NCBI GenBank assembly: GCA_051530055.1
Contig: JBMGUZ010000052.1
Coordinates: forward strand, 1 to 20,141
Length of the DNA stretch: 20,141 nucleotides
Source: Neoechinorhynchus agilis
Taxonomy: Eukaryota > Animalia > Acanthocephala
Direction: 5' to 3'
Made by a program: the position numbers and the translations under genes. Below the pieces are notes generated by a model, which ran no database searches, had not been told where the DNA came from, and saw nothing but the letters and a program-made list of their open reading frames with translations. This document shows positions 18,790 through 20,141 of the stretch, piece by piece; position 1 is the stretch's first letter; the number at the start of each line of letters is the position of its first letter.

Positions 18790-19830
18790 GGGGTAAAAAA
18801 TGATGGCATCTGCGCTCAATGCAGTCATTATTTGAGGCAAAAAGTAAAAAACGCTTTAGCTAGTGATCGTTCGAAGTTTGAACCAGCGAGTTCTGAGTGG
18901 ATATGGGACGAACATCTCCACCGGCTACAACCTTTTCTCCTTCGTTTTTGCTGAGAAAAATACGCTTCGAGAGGTTCATATGAGCAATATGACCATAACT
19001 TTAGCGGTGTCGGCCACATTGACCTTGTCGAGTACATTCGTGGATTTCGAGCATATTGATGAGCACTTATCGGAAATTTTATCTCTTGATCTCTCCCATT
19101 GAACAATATCAGAGGCTTAAAGATCATGGCGTCTTGGTTTGACAGGTAAGAAAACTGCATATAATGCGGGTAAGCATTCTTCAGAATGAAAGCCACAAAG
19201 AGTTTTCCCCACTTTGTTGAGGCCTCAGGTTTTAATCCATGATTCAGCCGCTTGCTGCCAATTTTATGGACAACGCGCCACCGTTGAGAAGATTTTTGAA
19301 GGAATGATTTGATCCTACCTCTATCCTCGTTCAGTTGGAAACGAGCTCTACAAGGCCACTATAATGCTGACCAGAATTTAATTCCTCCCGTAAAGGCAAA
19401 GAGCACGCGGGGTTTCATCGAAGCAATTAATTTGCTTTAGTTTGGAAGTCACTAATGGCAGAAATTAAAAATTGTTTATCTCACAAAGTGTAGCATTCCT
19501 GTTGCTGGTAAAAAATAATTTTAAAGCCGTATTAAAAAAGATGAACGTTTGGGAATAATAGTTTAGGAGATTTTAATCAAAACTCCACACGATACCATCG
19601 TGGCCAGCTCTTCGGAAAAGGGATCTCTGGGAGACATCGAGTGGTCTAATTGCACATCTCCTCCTCCATAAGCATAGTTCCAAATAGGACAAAAAGAATG
19701 GCGACTGAAAGGTGAGGAAATAATGTCAATGGAATCGGTTGCCCTTATTACTGCACGCAGCCATTTCTGGATCATAAAAGTTTCCGAAGATAAAATCTAT
19801 CTCGGAAATGCAGCAAACAAAAATAGCCGA
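18790..19830 (+). other. Possible decayed coding relic of unknown family
   Basis: Protein-like stretches in plus frames are interrupted by stops and 1-nt shifts (DGICAQCSHY..., GVGHIDLVEYIRGFRAY / LMSTYRKFYLLISPIEQYQRLKDHGVL..., ITARSHFWIIKVSEDKIYLGN). No family recognised. Confidence 0.25.
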
Positions 19831-20141
19831 GACCTGTAGCTGGATTGAAAAAGTAAAAAATTAAAAAAGGGGAAACCAAAAAGGCCGCAAACAATTCAAA
19901 ACGTGAGAGTACCGCTTGCGTAACTTACAAGCAGAAAGCCATTGGACGGACGTTCATTGATCGCAGTTGAAAAAACTTGCAAATAACGAAAGACAATAAA
20001 CTGAATTGTCAACCCCGAAAGCAAAACTTACAAGCAATTATTCAACCCAAAACAATCCATAGGACACACACAAACTCACTAACGCTCGTACTGGAGAATG
20101 TCTTTTTGCGAACCTACTTCTTCCGGCATCGATGCTACGTC

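Noticed and set aside
19100-19320. KDZ/Zisupton-type transposase motifs (ESHKEF; PQVLIHDSA)
   Set aside because: The two motifs are in different frames and the other catalytic motifs were not found.

Overview
Eukaryotic (animal), AT-rich window from a compact genome whose introns are mostly 40-53 nt. This resembles larvacean tunicates or a similarly compact invertebrate, but the taxon is inferred, not established. The left half holds intron-dense host genes: the 3' part of a multi-domain small heat-shock gene with a frameshift and stop (1-520); an unrecognised 11-exon minus-strand gene for a ~346-aa type II membrane protein (939-2462); and a 12-exon vitamin K-dependent gamma-carboxylase, GGCX (4143-9502), whose long introns hold hairpin elements, a two-unit minisatellite and a partial exon duplication. 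The right half is intronless and rearranged: a STRA6-like gene (10395-12632), tRNA-Arg(CCT), a dUTPase, a decayed CRE-clade non-LTR retrotransposon, a 1.36-kb palindrome (666-bp arms, 24-bp spacer) carrying two head-to-head copies of a truncated, very divergent eIF3e-like PCI gene, a dUTPase pseudogene fused to the palindrome's right arm, and a second LINE RT relic. The most unusual system is the eIF3e-like palindrome: its arms differ mostly at synonymous sites, its inner third is homogenised, and it could form a long hairpin RNA. All alignments and counts were done by eye; no database searches were run.
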